A stretch of 60,195 bases of DNA from Armatimonadota bacterium (GCA_052386995.1 JBQTJP010000107.1:1-60195); one strand, 5' to 3'; shown: positions 45,419 to 54,300, counted from the first letter of the stretch. Notes: generated from the letters alone by a model not told the origin. Numbers and translations: made by a program.

Positions 45419-46756
45419 CTACGAAATCCCCGGCACCGGAAACCGACGACAGAGCACTCGCACTTCTTCGCGGATCCCCGTCAGGCGCCGGTTGTTCTTG
45501 ATCCACCCTCGGAACTGGCGCAGCACTTGATTCCGGGCCTCGCGATCTTCGCGATCTTCGGGAAGCTGAAACTCCTGCGCCTCCCCGCGCACCTGCGCCA
45601 TCCAGCCCGCCAGTTGCCGCATCTCCGGCTCGCGCATGCCGCGTGTCGTCGCCGCGGGCGTGCCCAGGCGGATTCCCGAGGGGTAGAACATCGACGATGG
45701 TTCACCAGGGATCGCGTTCTTGTTCACCGTGATGCCAACCGCATCCAGCGCCTCCTGCATGAACACGCCCCGGCCGATTCCGTCCGACGTGAGGTCAACC
45801 AGCAGCATGTGGTTGTCGGTCCCGCCGGTGACGAGTGTGAACCCGCCTTTGAGCAGTGCCGCGGCGAGCGCCTTCGCGTTGGTGACGATCTGCGCCGCGT
45901 AGACCTTGAACTCGGGCTTCGCGGCCTCACCCAGCGCAATCGCGATGGCCGCCGTCGTGTGATCGTGCGGTCCGCCCTGCAGGCCGGGAAAGATCGCCCG
46001 ATCGACCTTGTCGGGCAACTCGCGGTCCTTCGCCACCCCTCGCTCGCTCACCAGGATCATCGCGCCGCGGGGTCCGCGCAGTGTCTTGTGCGTGGTGGTC
46101 GTGATGATGTGCGCGTGCGGGACGGGGCTCGGGTGCGCGCCGCCGGCGACCAGTCCCGCGACGTGGGCGATGTCGGCCGCGAAGTAGGCGCCCACCTCGT
46201 CGGCGACCTTCGCAAACTCCGCGAATGGGAACTCTCGCACGTAGGCCGTCGCCCCGCACCAGATCAGCCGCGGCCGGTGCTCGCGCGCCAGACGCCAGAC
46301 ATCATCGAAGTCGATGTAACCGTCCGACCGAACGTGGTACGGGACGCTGCGGTAGTACGTGCCGGTAGCGCTCACCTTCCATCCGTGGGTCAGGTGTCCC
46401 CCATCCGGCAGGTTCTGCCCCATGATGGTGTCGCCGGGGTCGCACGTCGCCAGGTAGACCGCGAGGTTCGCCGGACTTCCCGAGTAAGGCTGGACATTGG
46501 CGTGCGGGACGCCGAACAGCGATTTGGCGCGGTTCTGGGCCAGACGCTCGACCTCATCGATATGCTCATTGCCTCCGTAATACCGTCGCCCCGGATATCC
46601 CTCGGAATATTTGTTGGTGAGAATGCTGCCCATGGCTTCGAGCACGGCAGCCGAGACGTAATTCTCGGACGGTATGAGCTCCACGCCATCGCGCTGTCGC
46701 GCGCGCTCGCGGCGCATGATGGCGGCCAGTTCCGGATCGTGTGTCTCCAGTGGCAT
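45419..46756 (-). CDS. glyA: serine hydroxymethyltransferase
   Basis: 445 aa. GGAGG SD. ELIPSENYVS and the PLP-lysine context TTTTHKTLRGPRG. Confidence 0.97.
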   Translation of the reverse strand: MPLETHDPELAAIMRRERARQRDGVELIPSENYVSAAVLEAMGSILTNKYSEGYPGRRYYGGNEHIDEVERLAQNRAKSLFGVPHANVQPYSGSPANLAVYLATCDPGDTIMGQNLPDGGHLTHGWKVSATGTYYRSVPYHVRSDGYIDFDDVWRLAREHRPRLIWCGATAYVREFPFAEFAKVADEVGAYFAADIAHVAGLVAGGAHPSPVPHAHIITTTTHKTLRGPRGAMILVSERGVAKDRELPDKVDRAIFPGLQGGPHDHTTAAIAIALGEAAKPEFKVYAAQIVTNAKALAAALLKGGFTLVTGGTDNHMLLVDLTSDGIGRGVFMQEALDAVGITVNKNAIPGEPSSMFYPSGIRLGTPAATTRGMREPEMRQLAGWMAQVRGEAQEFQLPEDREDREARNQVLRQFRGWIKNNRRLTGIREEVRVLCRRFPVPGIS

Positions 46757-46840
46757 CGAAGGACCTCCCGAAGGCCGGCGCCGGTGTGCTATCGTTGATC
46801 TTCGGTAAACGCGTCCGCCGCGCCTTCAGGGAGGCTCCAC

Positions 46841-47470
46841 ATGCCCAACGTGCACGTGTTCGACCACCCGTTGATACGCCACAAGCTCACGATCCTCCGG
46901 GATCAGCGCACGGGGCACAAAGAATTCCGTGAATTGACCCGTGAGCTTTCGATGCTCATGGCGTATGAGGCGACACGCAGCCATCCGGTGCGTCAGATCG
47001 AGGTCGAAACGCCCCTGGCGACGACGACCGGCTGGTCGATCGCCGGGCAGGAGATTGCCGTCGTCCCGATCCTGCGCGCAGGCCTGGTGATGGAGGAAGC
47101 CATCACGCGCCTGATCCCCACCGCGCGCGTGGGGCACATCGGGATCTACCGGGAGCACGATACCCTGCGGCCCGTCGGATACTACGCGAAACTTCCGCCC
47201 GACATTGCCGAACGCGAGGTGATGATCCTCGACCCGATGCTCGCCACAGGCGGATCCGCCGTGGCCGCGATCGAGACCCTCAAGAAGCTGGGATGCCGAA
47301 ACCTCAAGGTCATGGCCATCATCTCCGCTCCCGAAGGGATCGCGAAGGTGCACGAGAGCCATCCGGATGTCGATATCTATACGGGCGCCATCGACAGCCA
47401 CCTGAACGACAAAGGCTACATCGTGCCGGGGTTGGGCGATGCCGGAGACCGCCTTTTCGGGACGAAATAG
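46841..47470 (+). CDS. upp: uracil phosphoribosyltransferase
   Basis: 209 aa. [21 protein letters not shown] and the PRPP loop [22 protein letters not shown]. Confidence 0.96.
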   Translation: MPNVHVFDHPLIRHKLTILRDQRTGHKEFRELTRELSMLMAYEATRSHPVRQIEVETPLATTTGWSIAGQEIAVVPILRAGLVMEEAITRLIPTARVGHIGIYREHDTLRPVGYYAKLPPDIAEREVMILDPMLATGGSAVAAIETLKKLGCRNLKVMAIISAPEGIAKVHESHPDVDIYTGAIDSHLNDKGYIVPGLGDAGDRLFGTK

Positions 47471-47473
47471 GGT

Positions 47474-48325
47474 ATGATTCGGCCGAAGATGACCGTCGCG
47501 ATCGGCACGTCGGGCTTCGCCTACGATCACTGGCGCGGCGTGCTGTATCCCGAGGACCTGCGCCGCGACCAGTGGCTGAGCCATTACTCGGCCACGTTCC
47601 CGACGGTCGAGCTGAATGTCACCTTCTACCGCACGCCGCCCAAGGCCACCTGTGAGGCCTGGCGCCGCGCCACGCCGGCGCATTTCCGGTTCGTCGTGAA
47701 AGGCAGCCGCTTCATCACACATCTCAAGCGGCTGGAGGATGCCGCGGAGCCTCTCAAGACATTCTTTCAGGCGATCGGCCATCTGGGCGCCAAGCTGTCC
47801 GTCGTGCTCTGGCAGCTGCCCCCCGGCCAGCCCGCCGATCCGCCGCGGCTGGATAAGTTTCTGACGGTCATCAACAAGACCCTGTCTCCGCGCCTGCGAT
47901 GGGCGGGGCGCCTCAGGCACGCCCTGGAGTTCCGCGAGCGGTCGTGGTATTCGGATGCGGTCTACAAGGTGCTCCGGAGGCACGATGCCGCGATGGTGAT
48001 TGCCGACAGTCCGTTCAACCTGGTGACTGAGGGCATGGAGCTCGCGACCGGGCCCGCGGAGACCGAGACCATCGAGGTGCCGCTGGTGAGTTCCTGGACG
48101 TACCTGCGCCGTCATGGCCCGGACGGGCAGATTCGCCGCTCGTACCCTGAGGCGCTTCTGCGTCAGTACGCGGCGGCCATTGCGTCGTGGGCAAAGCGTG
48201 GCGACGTGTTTGTCTTCTTCAACAACGATCCTGGTGGCTGCGCGGTCAAGGATGCGTTGACCCTGAAGCGACTCGTGGAACCCGAAGCGGACGTTCGCGA
48301 GCCGACTCGCCGGCGGCGGGCGTGA
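47474..48325 (+). CDS. DUF72 (YecE-like) family protein
   Basis: 283 aa. IGTSGFAYDHWRGVLYPEDL...YSATFPTVELNVTFYRTP...FRFVVKGSRFITH is typical DUF72. Confidence 0.85.
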   Translation: MIRPKMTVAIGTSGFAYDHWRGVLYPEDLRRDQWLSHYSATFPTVELNVTFYRTPPKATCEAWRRATPAHFRFVVKGSRFITHLKRLEDAAEPLKTFFQAIGHLGAKLSVVLWQLPPGQPADPPRLDKFLTVINKTLSPRLRWAGRLRHALEFRERSWYSDAVYKVLRRHDAAMVIADSPFNLVTEGMELATGPAETETIEVPLVSSWTYLRRHGPDGQIRRSYPEALLRQYAAAIASWAKRGDVFVFFNNDPGGCAVKDALTLKRLVEPEADVREPTRRRRA

Positions 48326-50085
48326 CGACCGCCGGATCCCTCGCCGCGATGCTCGCTGTCCTGGCGGCCGCGGTGCTGGGCAGCATCCCCACAGGATATC
48401 TTGCGGGACGGTGGCTGCGCGGCATCGATGTGCGCCGCCTCTCCCCCCACAATCTGGGCATGGGCGCCGTGGTCGCCGCAGCCGGCCTCCCCGCGCTGGC
48501 GGCGGCGGTGTCGCTCGACGTTATTAAAGGAAGCCTCGCCGTCGTGATTGCCAGCCGGATCAGTCCCTCCGACATGTCGCTCGCCGCCTCCGCGGCCGCC
48601 GTGGTGATCGGGCACGCGTACTCACCGTTCTGGCTGGTGATCCCTCCGGCGTTCGCGCGCGTGATGGGCGTGGCCGCCTCCGTTGGTGCAGCCGCGGCGA
48701 TCGCGGCCCTTGGTGCGATTCCCTGGGCAGCGCTGGCTGTTCCCGCGGCCGTCGCGGTGGTCGTCCTCGCGGCCCCCCGGCTCCTGGGCCGTCGATGGGG
48801 GTACCTTTCGCTTGCAAATGTGCTCGCCGCCGTGAGCGCGCCGGTGGCGCTCTGGATGACGGGCGCCCGGATCCCGTATGTCCTTCTCGGCCTGGCATTC
48901 GCGGTTGCGACTCTGTGGAACCACAAAGAGCACCTGGCGCGCATCATCGATGGAACCGAACCGCGGCTGGGCGATCGGTTGCCGGTGCCGCATCTGGATG
49001 GAGAGGAGGTCGTGTGCGCGTTCCTCATCCACCCGATGACGATCGACGACGTCTGGGAAGCCAGGCGATTCCGCTGGCTCGCTCCGCTCCGACGCCGGGG
49101 TCTGGTCTCCGACCGCGCCATCCGCTGGCTGGCCCGCGTCGTGCGGCCGATGAAGGTGGACGATATCCATCCGGTGCGCACCGCCGACGGTCGCCGCGCC
49201 CGCGTCTACCTGATCGGCGTGCCGCTGCTGCCCGATCAGATTCGCGCCTTGCCGGCCCTGGCCGTGCACCGGGCGGTGCAGGCGGCCCACCTGGCCGCGA
49301 ACCTGGGCGCCACCGTGTTGGGATTGGGGGCATACTGGTCCGTGGTGGGGAACAAGGGGATCGATGTCCAGGCGCAGTCGTCGATTGCCATCACGAACGG
49401 CGGGGCCTATACCGCGGGCACCGTGAGGATGGCGGTCCCCTTGGTGCTCGATCGGCTTCGCGCGGGGGGCCGCGACCCGTCGCGGACGACGGCGGCGGTC
49501 GTCGGCGCAAACGGCGTCGTGGGCTTCGGGATCTGCCGTGCGGTCGTCGAGCACGTGGGGCGGCTCATCATGCTGGGGACGAGCCAGGAGCGACTGGATC
49601 AATCCCGCGATCTGCTCCGACGCCGCTACCCGAGCGCGGTCATTGACGCGACGACCAGCCTGAATACGCTGCGCGAGGCGGATATCATCTTCACAGCAAC
49701 CTCGGAGCCCGCGCCGGTCGTGTTTCCGGAGCACGTCCGGCCCGGCAGTATCATCTTCGATCTCGGACGGCCCTACGATGTTGATGCCTCGGTCGCCGCG
49801 ATGGACGGAGTGGACGTCATTCCCGGCGGGGTCGTCCGGCTGCCGGGCGATCCACGAGGACGGCTGGACATGGGCTACGGATCGGGCCTGGTGCCCGCGT
49901 GTCTGGCCGAGACCGTCATCATCGCGCTCGATCAGTGCTACGAGCGTGTCAGCCTGGGCGACCGCACGAAGAATGAGAATGTCGACTTCTTCGTGGCACG
50001 GGCCGCAGCCTTCGGCTTCGAAGTGCAGACCACCGGCCGGCGCACCGCGGTCCCCGAGGCGCCTTCGCCGGTCTACACGCGATAG
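48322..50085 (+). CDS. fusion protein: PlsY-like polytopic membrane domain (degenerate motifs) + acyl-ACP-reductase-like (COG5322) NAD(P)-binding domain
   Basis: One uninterrupted ORF. N-terminal half: MLAVLAAAVLGSIPTGYLAG...LDVIKGS...IGHAYSPF...WNHKEHLARIIDGTEP (PlsY layout). C-terminal half is collinear with cyanobacterial AAR as I recall it: FLIHPMTIDD, LGLGAYWSVV, VVGANGVVG, EADIIFTATS, PACLAETVI. GTG 48322 overlaps the DUF72 stop (GTGA). ATG 48349 is an alternative start. Confidence 0.8.
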   Translation: MTTAGSLAAMLAVLAAAVLGSIPTGYLAGRWLRGIDVRRLSPHNLGMGAVVAAAGLPALAAAVSLDVIKGSLAVVIASRISPSDMSLAASAAAVVIGHAYSPFWLVIPPAFARVMGVAASVGAAAAIAALGAIPWAALAVPAAVAVVVLAAPRLLGRRWGYLSLANVLAAVSAPVALWMTGARIPYVLLGLAFAVATLWNHKEHLARIIDGTEPRLGDRLPVPHLDGEEVVCAFLIHPMTIDDVWEARRFRWLAPLRRRGLVSDRAIRWLARVVRPMKVDDIHPVRTADGRRARVYLIGVPLLPDQIRALPALAVHRAVQAAHLAANLGATVLGLGAYWSVVGNKGIDVQAQSSIAITNGGAYTAGTVRMAVPLVLDRLRAGGRDPSRTTAAVVGANGVVGFGICRAVVEHVGRLIMLGTSQERLDQSRDLLRRRYPSAVIDATTSLNTLREADIIFTATSEPAPVVFPEHVRPGSIIFDLGRPYDVDASVAAMDGVDVIPGGVVRLPGDPRGRLDMGYGSGLVPACLAETVIIALDQCYERVSLGDRTKNENVDFFVARAAAFGFEVQTTGRRTAVPEAPSPVYTR

Positions 50086-50136
50086 AAATGGGGCGCGCAG
50101 GTTTTTGAATTTGCGCAGGCGAAGTCCGCGCTCAAC

Positions 50137-50598
50137 ATGAGCAGACCTCCGTGGGACCTCTACTTTATGAGAATGGCCCATTTAGCGGCCACACGATCGA
50201 CGTGTCTGCGGCGAAAAGTGGGCGCCGTGATTGTGAAGGATCAGATGGTGCTTGCGACCGGCTACAACGACACGCCCCGCGGCATCCCGAACTGCGGTGA
50301 AGGGGGATGCGCTCGGTGCGCGAGCGACGCGCCATCTGGAACGAGTCACGACACCTGTCTGTGTATTCATGCTGAAATGAATTGCGTGATTCAGGCGGCC
50401 TACCACGGTGTTTCGGTTGCCGGAGGGACGATCTACTGCACGTACCTCCCGTGTCTGAACTGCGCCAAGACTCTGCTCAACGTGGGCATTCGCCGGATCG
50501 TCTTTGAGGGCCACTACCCCGATCCGCTGTCCCTTGAATTGCTTACCAATGCCAATGTCGAGCTCGCGCGCCATGCCGCGGAGGAAGTTCCGACCTAG
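50137..50598 (+). CDS. deoxycytidylate (dCMP) deaminase, ComEB-like
   Basis: 153 aa. WDLYFMRMAHLAATRSTCLRRKVGAVIV and the zinc motifs HAEMNCV and PCLNCAK. Confidence 0.92.
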   Translation: MSRPPWDLYFMRMAHLAATRSTCLRRKVGAVIVKDQMVLATGYNDTPRGIPNCGEGGCARCASDAPSGTSHDTCLCIHAEMNCVIQAAYHGVSVAGGTIYCTYLPCLNCAKTLLNVGIRRIVFEGHYPDPLSLELLTNANVELARHAAEEVPT

Positions 50599-50688
50599 CG
50601 TGGGGTCTATGGCGGATGACTTGAATTAGTACGGCTATTATGTTACTCTTGCAATGGTCGTCATAGTTGCGTCTCAATCCAAGGCGGG

Positions 50689-50709
50689 CGATGTCGGCTA
50701 ACGACATCG
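50689..50709 (+). terminator. short hairpin downstream of the deaminase gene (weak intrinsic terminator or helicase 5'-region structure)
   Basis: cgatgtcg-gctaa-cgacatcg, a perfect 8-bp stem followed by tctcttcatgtgt. It lies in a comparatively AT-rich 235-nt gap. Confidence 0.3.
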
Positions 50710-50833
50710 TCTCTTCATGTGTCCGCAGTGTTCGTCCCTGACCAGGGGCTGGGTGAACCGGTGGGCACGCGCACGATGCCGGCTCAAAACCCGGCCCGGG
50801 TCATCCCCGGGTCCATACTGGAGGTAAGGTACA

Positions 50834-51967
50834 ATTTCTACCACCATACGCGAGACCGCGTTCGGCGGCCTCGCCTCTCGCCCGGAAGTGCTCCGGGCGG
50901 TATCGAAACTTGGGTGGACCGAACCCACCCCAATTCAAGTGAAGGTCATCCCCGCACTAAGGGCCGGTCATGATGTGGCCGGTCAAGCTCAGACAGGCTC
51001 GGGAAAGACAGGCGCGTTCGCAATTCCGATGCTCGAGCGTCTTGAGCGCAACGCGCGCGGCGTCCAGGCGCTGGTGCTCGCTCCCACGCGGGAGCTTGCC
51101 CTGCAGATCGCCGATGCGGTGCGCACCCTCGGCGGGCCCGGCCTGCGGGTTGCCACGCTATACGGCGGCGAGCCGATCGAGCGGCAGTTGAAGGTGCTGC
51201 GCGGCGGAGTCCAGATCGTTATGGCCACTCCCGGCAGACTGCTCGACCACTTGAACCGGCGCACCGTGGACCTCAGCGGGGTCCGTTTCCTCGTGCTCGA
51301 TGAAGCGGACCGGATGCTCGACATGGGCTTCCTGCCCGACGTCGAGCAGATTATCCGACAGACACCTCCGTCGCGGCAGACGGCGCTGTTCTCGGCCACT
51401 TTGCCGGATGCGGTGAGCGCGATCGCCATGCGCCACATGCGCAAACCGGTGTGGATCAAGATCGCATCGCCGATGCCCACCGTCGAGACCGTCACGCAGT
51501 CGTACCTGGAGGTCGCGGAGCAGGACAAGGTCCGGGCGCTGCGGCTGCTGCTGACCAGCGGCGAGGTTGCCTCGGCGCTGGTCTTCCGGCGGACGCGCCG
51601 CGGCGTGGACCGTTTGGCGAAGATGCTGCGCGACAGAGGCCAGGCCGCCGGGGTGCTTCACGGCGACATGACACAGAGCGCGAGGCTGCGCGCGCTGGAG
51701 GCCTTCGAACAGGGCAAGACCCGCGTGCTCATCGCGACCAACGTGGCCTCGCGGGGGCTCGATTTACCCGACGTGTCGCACGTAGTCAATTTCGACATGC
51801 CGGAGGACGTGGACACGTACGTGCACCGCATCGGCCGCACGGCCCGCGCGGGTCGCACCGGCGAGGCGATCACCTTCGTGGGACAGCACGATCTGGAGAT
51901 GTTCGACGCGCTGCGCCGCAGGCTCGGTGGCGCGCTCAAGCCGCATTCGCTGCCCCTGTACCGCTAA
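50834..51967 (+). CDS. DEAD-box ATP-dependent RNA helicase (proposed non-canonical ATT start)
   Basis: Q-motif through motif VI: F..L....PEVLRAV...GWTEPTPIQ, AQTGSGKT, PTRELA, DEAD (LDEADRM), SAT, and HRIGRTARAG. The first canonical start (GTG 50888) removes the Q-motif Phe. The frame is open only from 50828 and holds no ATG, GTG or TTG before 50888. ATT 50834 lies 9 nt after a GGAGG SD. Confidence 0.85.
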   Translation: MSTTIRETAFGGLASRPEVLRAVSKLGWTEPTPIQVKVIPALRAGHDVAGQAQTGSGKTGAFAIPMLERLERNARGVQALVLAPTRELALQIADAVRTLGGPGLRVATLYGGEPIERQLKVLRGGVQIVMATPGRLLDHLNRRTVDLSGVRFLVLDEADRMLDMGFLPDVEQIIRQTPPSRQTALFSATLPDAVSAIAMRHMRKPVWIKIASPMPTVETVTQSYLEVAEQDKVRALRLLLTSGEVASALVFRRTRRGVDRLAKMLRDRGQAAGVLHGDMTQSARLRALEAFEQGKTRVLIATNVASRGLDLPDVSHVVNFDMPEDVDTYVHRIGRTARAGRTGEAITFVGQHDLEMFDALRRRLGGALKPHSLPLYR

Positions 51968-51991
51968 ACCCACCTGACTGACGCAAGACTC

Positions 51992-52023
51992 TGCGCGCCC
52001 GGGCGAGCCCCCCCGGGCGCGCA
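51992..52023. terminator. bidirectional intrinsic-terminator-like hairpin between the convergent helicase and coaBC genes
   Basis: tgcgcgcccggg-cgagcccc-cccgggcgcgca, a perfect 12-bp GC-rich stem. It is followed on the plus strand by tccatttgcatgttctg. Confidence 0.6.
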
Positions 52024-52145
52024 TCCATTTGCATGTTCTGCGTCCGTTGCACATAGGGCGCGGGCCGTCGTACCCTGGCGCACCGGCAAACTCCAGCCGC
52101 CCCGCCTGGACCGCCATCGAACTTCGAGAGGGAAGGGAAGGGGAA

Positions 52146-53390
52146 TCAGGCCGGAGGAGTTGGCGTGCCCGCTGCCCCGGATCGGGTAAGGAGGTCCGCG
52201 ACCCGGTCCAGGATGCGCCGGGCCACCGCGCTTTTTGGTTGCAGCGGGAGTTCCTCGGCTGCACCGGCCCGATCGATGATCACGACCTTGTTCTCATCGG
52301 CGCCGAAAACTCCATCGGGCGCACTCACGTCGTTGGCAACAATCAGGTCGAGGCTTTTCTCAATCAGCTTCCGACGGGCGTTGGGGATGAGATCGTCTGT
52401 CTCGGCCGCAAACCCAACCTTCACACGCGGGCCGGTGACGTCGGTCAAAATGTCGGGGTTCTGAGTCAACTCCACAATCCAGTCGGCCGTGCCTTTCTTC
52501 ATCTTGTGCGTCGCCACGGTGACGGGCCGGTAGTCCGAGACCGCCGCGGCCATGATCAGGGCATCGGCGCTCTGGCTGGCCTTGAGCACGGCGTCCCGCA
52601 TTTCAGCAGCCGTGTGGACCTGCACGACCTCGACGCCCGCGGGATTGGGCAGACTCGTGGGCGCCGTCACCAGCACCGTGCGCGCGCCGCGGTCGCGGGC
52701 GGCCTCCGCGATCGCATAGCCCATCTTGCCCGACGATCGGTTCGTGATGACACGCACGGGATCCAGAGGCTCCTGCGTCCCACCCGCGGTGACGACCAGT
52801 GTACGGCCACGTAGATCGCCCGTGGTCTGACCGAGCACGTGGCGGAGGTGGTCCAGGATCTCCGCGACCTCGGTCATGCGGCCCTTCCCCACCAATCCTG
52901 AAGCCATCCTCCCTTCGACCGGGCCGACGATAGTCGCGCTGCGCGAGCGGAGGCGTTGCAGATGCTCCTGCACAGTCACATGTTGGAACATGTGCACGTC
53001 CATGGCCGGAACGATCACGAGCGGCGCGGTTGCGGCGAGCACGGTTGTTGTGAGGGCGTCGTCGGCGAGGCCCAGCGACAGGCGAGCGATGGTGTGCGCC
53101 GTGGCCGGGCAGATCACAATGAGGTCGGCCCGCAGCCCCAGCGCGACGTGATCCATAGCTGTTTCGGCCCGAGGATCAAACAGGTCGGTGATCACCGGCC
53201 GGTGCGTGAGGGCCTGAAACGTCAAGGGCGTGACGAAGCGGGCTGCCTCGTCGGTGAGGATCACGTCCACCGCGGCGCCCTGCTGGACCAGCTTACTCGC
53301 GAGGTCCGCGGCCTTGAAGCACGCGATGCTCCCCGTGACACCGAGGACGATGCGCCTGTCGTGCAACGCGTTTTCCACTGGCGGCACCAC
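52146..53390 (-). CDS. coaBC: bifunctional phosphopantothenoylcysteine decarboxylase / phosphopantothenate--cysteine ligase
   Basis: 414 aa. Flavoprotein N-domain (RIVLGVTGSIACFKAADL, PAMDVHM) and CoaB C-domain (TAGGTQEPLDPVRVITNRSSGKMG, AAVSDYRP). Confidence 0.95.
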   Translation of the reverse strand: MVPPVENALHDRRIVLGVTGSIACFKAADLASKLVQQGAAVDVILTDEAARFVTPLTFQALTHRPVITDLFDPRAETAMDHVALGLRADLIVICPATAHTIARLSLGLADDALTTTVLAATAPLVIVPAMDVHMFQHVTVQEHLQRLRSRSATIVGPVEGRMASGLVGKGRMTEVAEILDHLRHVLGQTTGDLRGRTLVVTAGGTQEPLDPVRVITNRSSGKMGYAIAEAARDRGARTVLVTAPTSLPNPAGVEVVQVHTAAEMRDAVLKASQSADALIMAAAVSDYRPVTVATHKMKKGTADWIVELTQNPDILTDVTGPRVKVGFAAETDDLIPNARRKLIEKSLDLIVANDVSAPDGVFGADENKVVIIDRAGAAEELPLQPKSAVARRILDRVADLLTRSGAAGTPTPPA

Positions 53391-53411
53391 TATTCCCGCC
53401 CCCGATGCATA

Positions 53412-54188
53412 TTAGGCGCGACCATCGCGGTTCATCTCCACGATCAGCCGCAGGCCCTGAAGGATGAGATTCTCGTTCACCGTCGTAAACACCCCGGTCT
53501 CCCCGGCCACCAGGTGCACCAGGCCACCGGTGCCGATCACCCGCGCGTCCTCCCCCAATTCCTCCTTGAAGCGTCTGACCATGCCTTCCACCAGGCCGAC
53601 GTGGCCAAGGACCACGCCCGACTGGATCGCCGCGATCGTGTTGCGACCAATCGCGGCCTCGGGTCGAGCCAGCGCGACCCTGCGCAGCTGTGATGTACTC
53701 GTGAACAGAGACTCTGCCACGACCTGCAGCCCGGGGTGGATCGCCCCGCCCGGATAATCTCCGTCGCGCGTAACGGCATCGAAGACCGTGGCGGTGCCGA
53801 ACTCGACGATAATCGCGGGTCCACCGTAAAACCGGTAGGCTGCCGCCGCAGCGACTATTCGGTCTGATCCAACGTCCCTGGGGCTGTCGTAGAGAATCCG
53901 GATGCCGGTCTTCGTGCCCTCGCCGACCACGAGCGGGGAAAGGCCGAAGTACGTTCCTATGGCTTCCTGGAAGACCGCCGTCAGCGGCGGCACGACACTA
54001 CACAGCGCCGCGTCGCGGATGGCTGACGGCTCTATGTCGCGGGCGCGCATAAGCCCCAGCATGAGAAGAGCGTATTCGTCGGGCATGCGGCGCGGGTCCG
54101 TCGCCACCCGCCACGACGCCACCAGTTCCTCTCCCTGGAAGGCTCCAATCTTGACGTTGGCGTTGCCGATGTCCAGCGCGAGCAGCAT
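53412..54188 (-). CDS. coaX: type III pantothenate kinase
   Basis: 258 aa. MLLALDIGNANVKIGAF, IVEFGTATVFD, and VIGTGG. Confidence 0.94.
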   Translation of the reverse strand: MLLALDIGNANVKIGAFQGEELVASWRVATDPRRMPDEYALLMLGLMRARDIEPSAIRDAALCSVVPPLTAVFQEAIGTYFGLSPLVVGEGTKTGIRILYDSPRDVGSDRIVAAAAAYRFYGGPAIIVEFGTATVFDAVTRDGDYPGGAIHPGLQVVAESLFTSTSQLRRVALARPEAAIGRNTIAAIQSGVVLGHVGLVEGMVRRFKEELGEDARVIGTGGLVHLVAGETGVFTTVNENLILQGLRLIVEMNRDGRA

Positions 54189-54249
54189 GCGCCACCCCCG
54201 GCCATGATGCTACGGCACGGGCCCAATCCTGTCACGCTGCCCGGGGGAT

Positions 54250-54266
54250 TTCACACGCTCTTCACA
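54250..54266 (+). promoter_or_regulatory. Pho-box-like tandem direct repeat upstream of pstS
   Basis: TTCACAcgctcTTCACA: two hexamers with 11-bp periodicity, matching the Bacillus PhoP-type TT(A/T/C)ACA-N5 pattern. A third degenerate copy, TTCATA, lies at 54278-54283. Confidence 0.5.
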
Positions 54267-54300
54267 TACCTCTAGCCTTCATATCACCTGAGTTTGACCT

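Noticed and set aside
45401-46798. 465-aa plus-strand ORF
   Set aside because: It is antisense to glyA.
46826-48115. 429-aa minus-strand ORF
   Set aside because: It is antisense to upp and the DUF72 gene.
48622-50181. 519-aa minus-strand ORF
   Set aside because: It is antisense to the PlsY-like/AAR-like fusion gene, and its composition is dominated by Arg, Gly, Asp and His.
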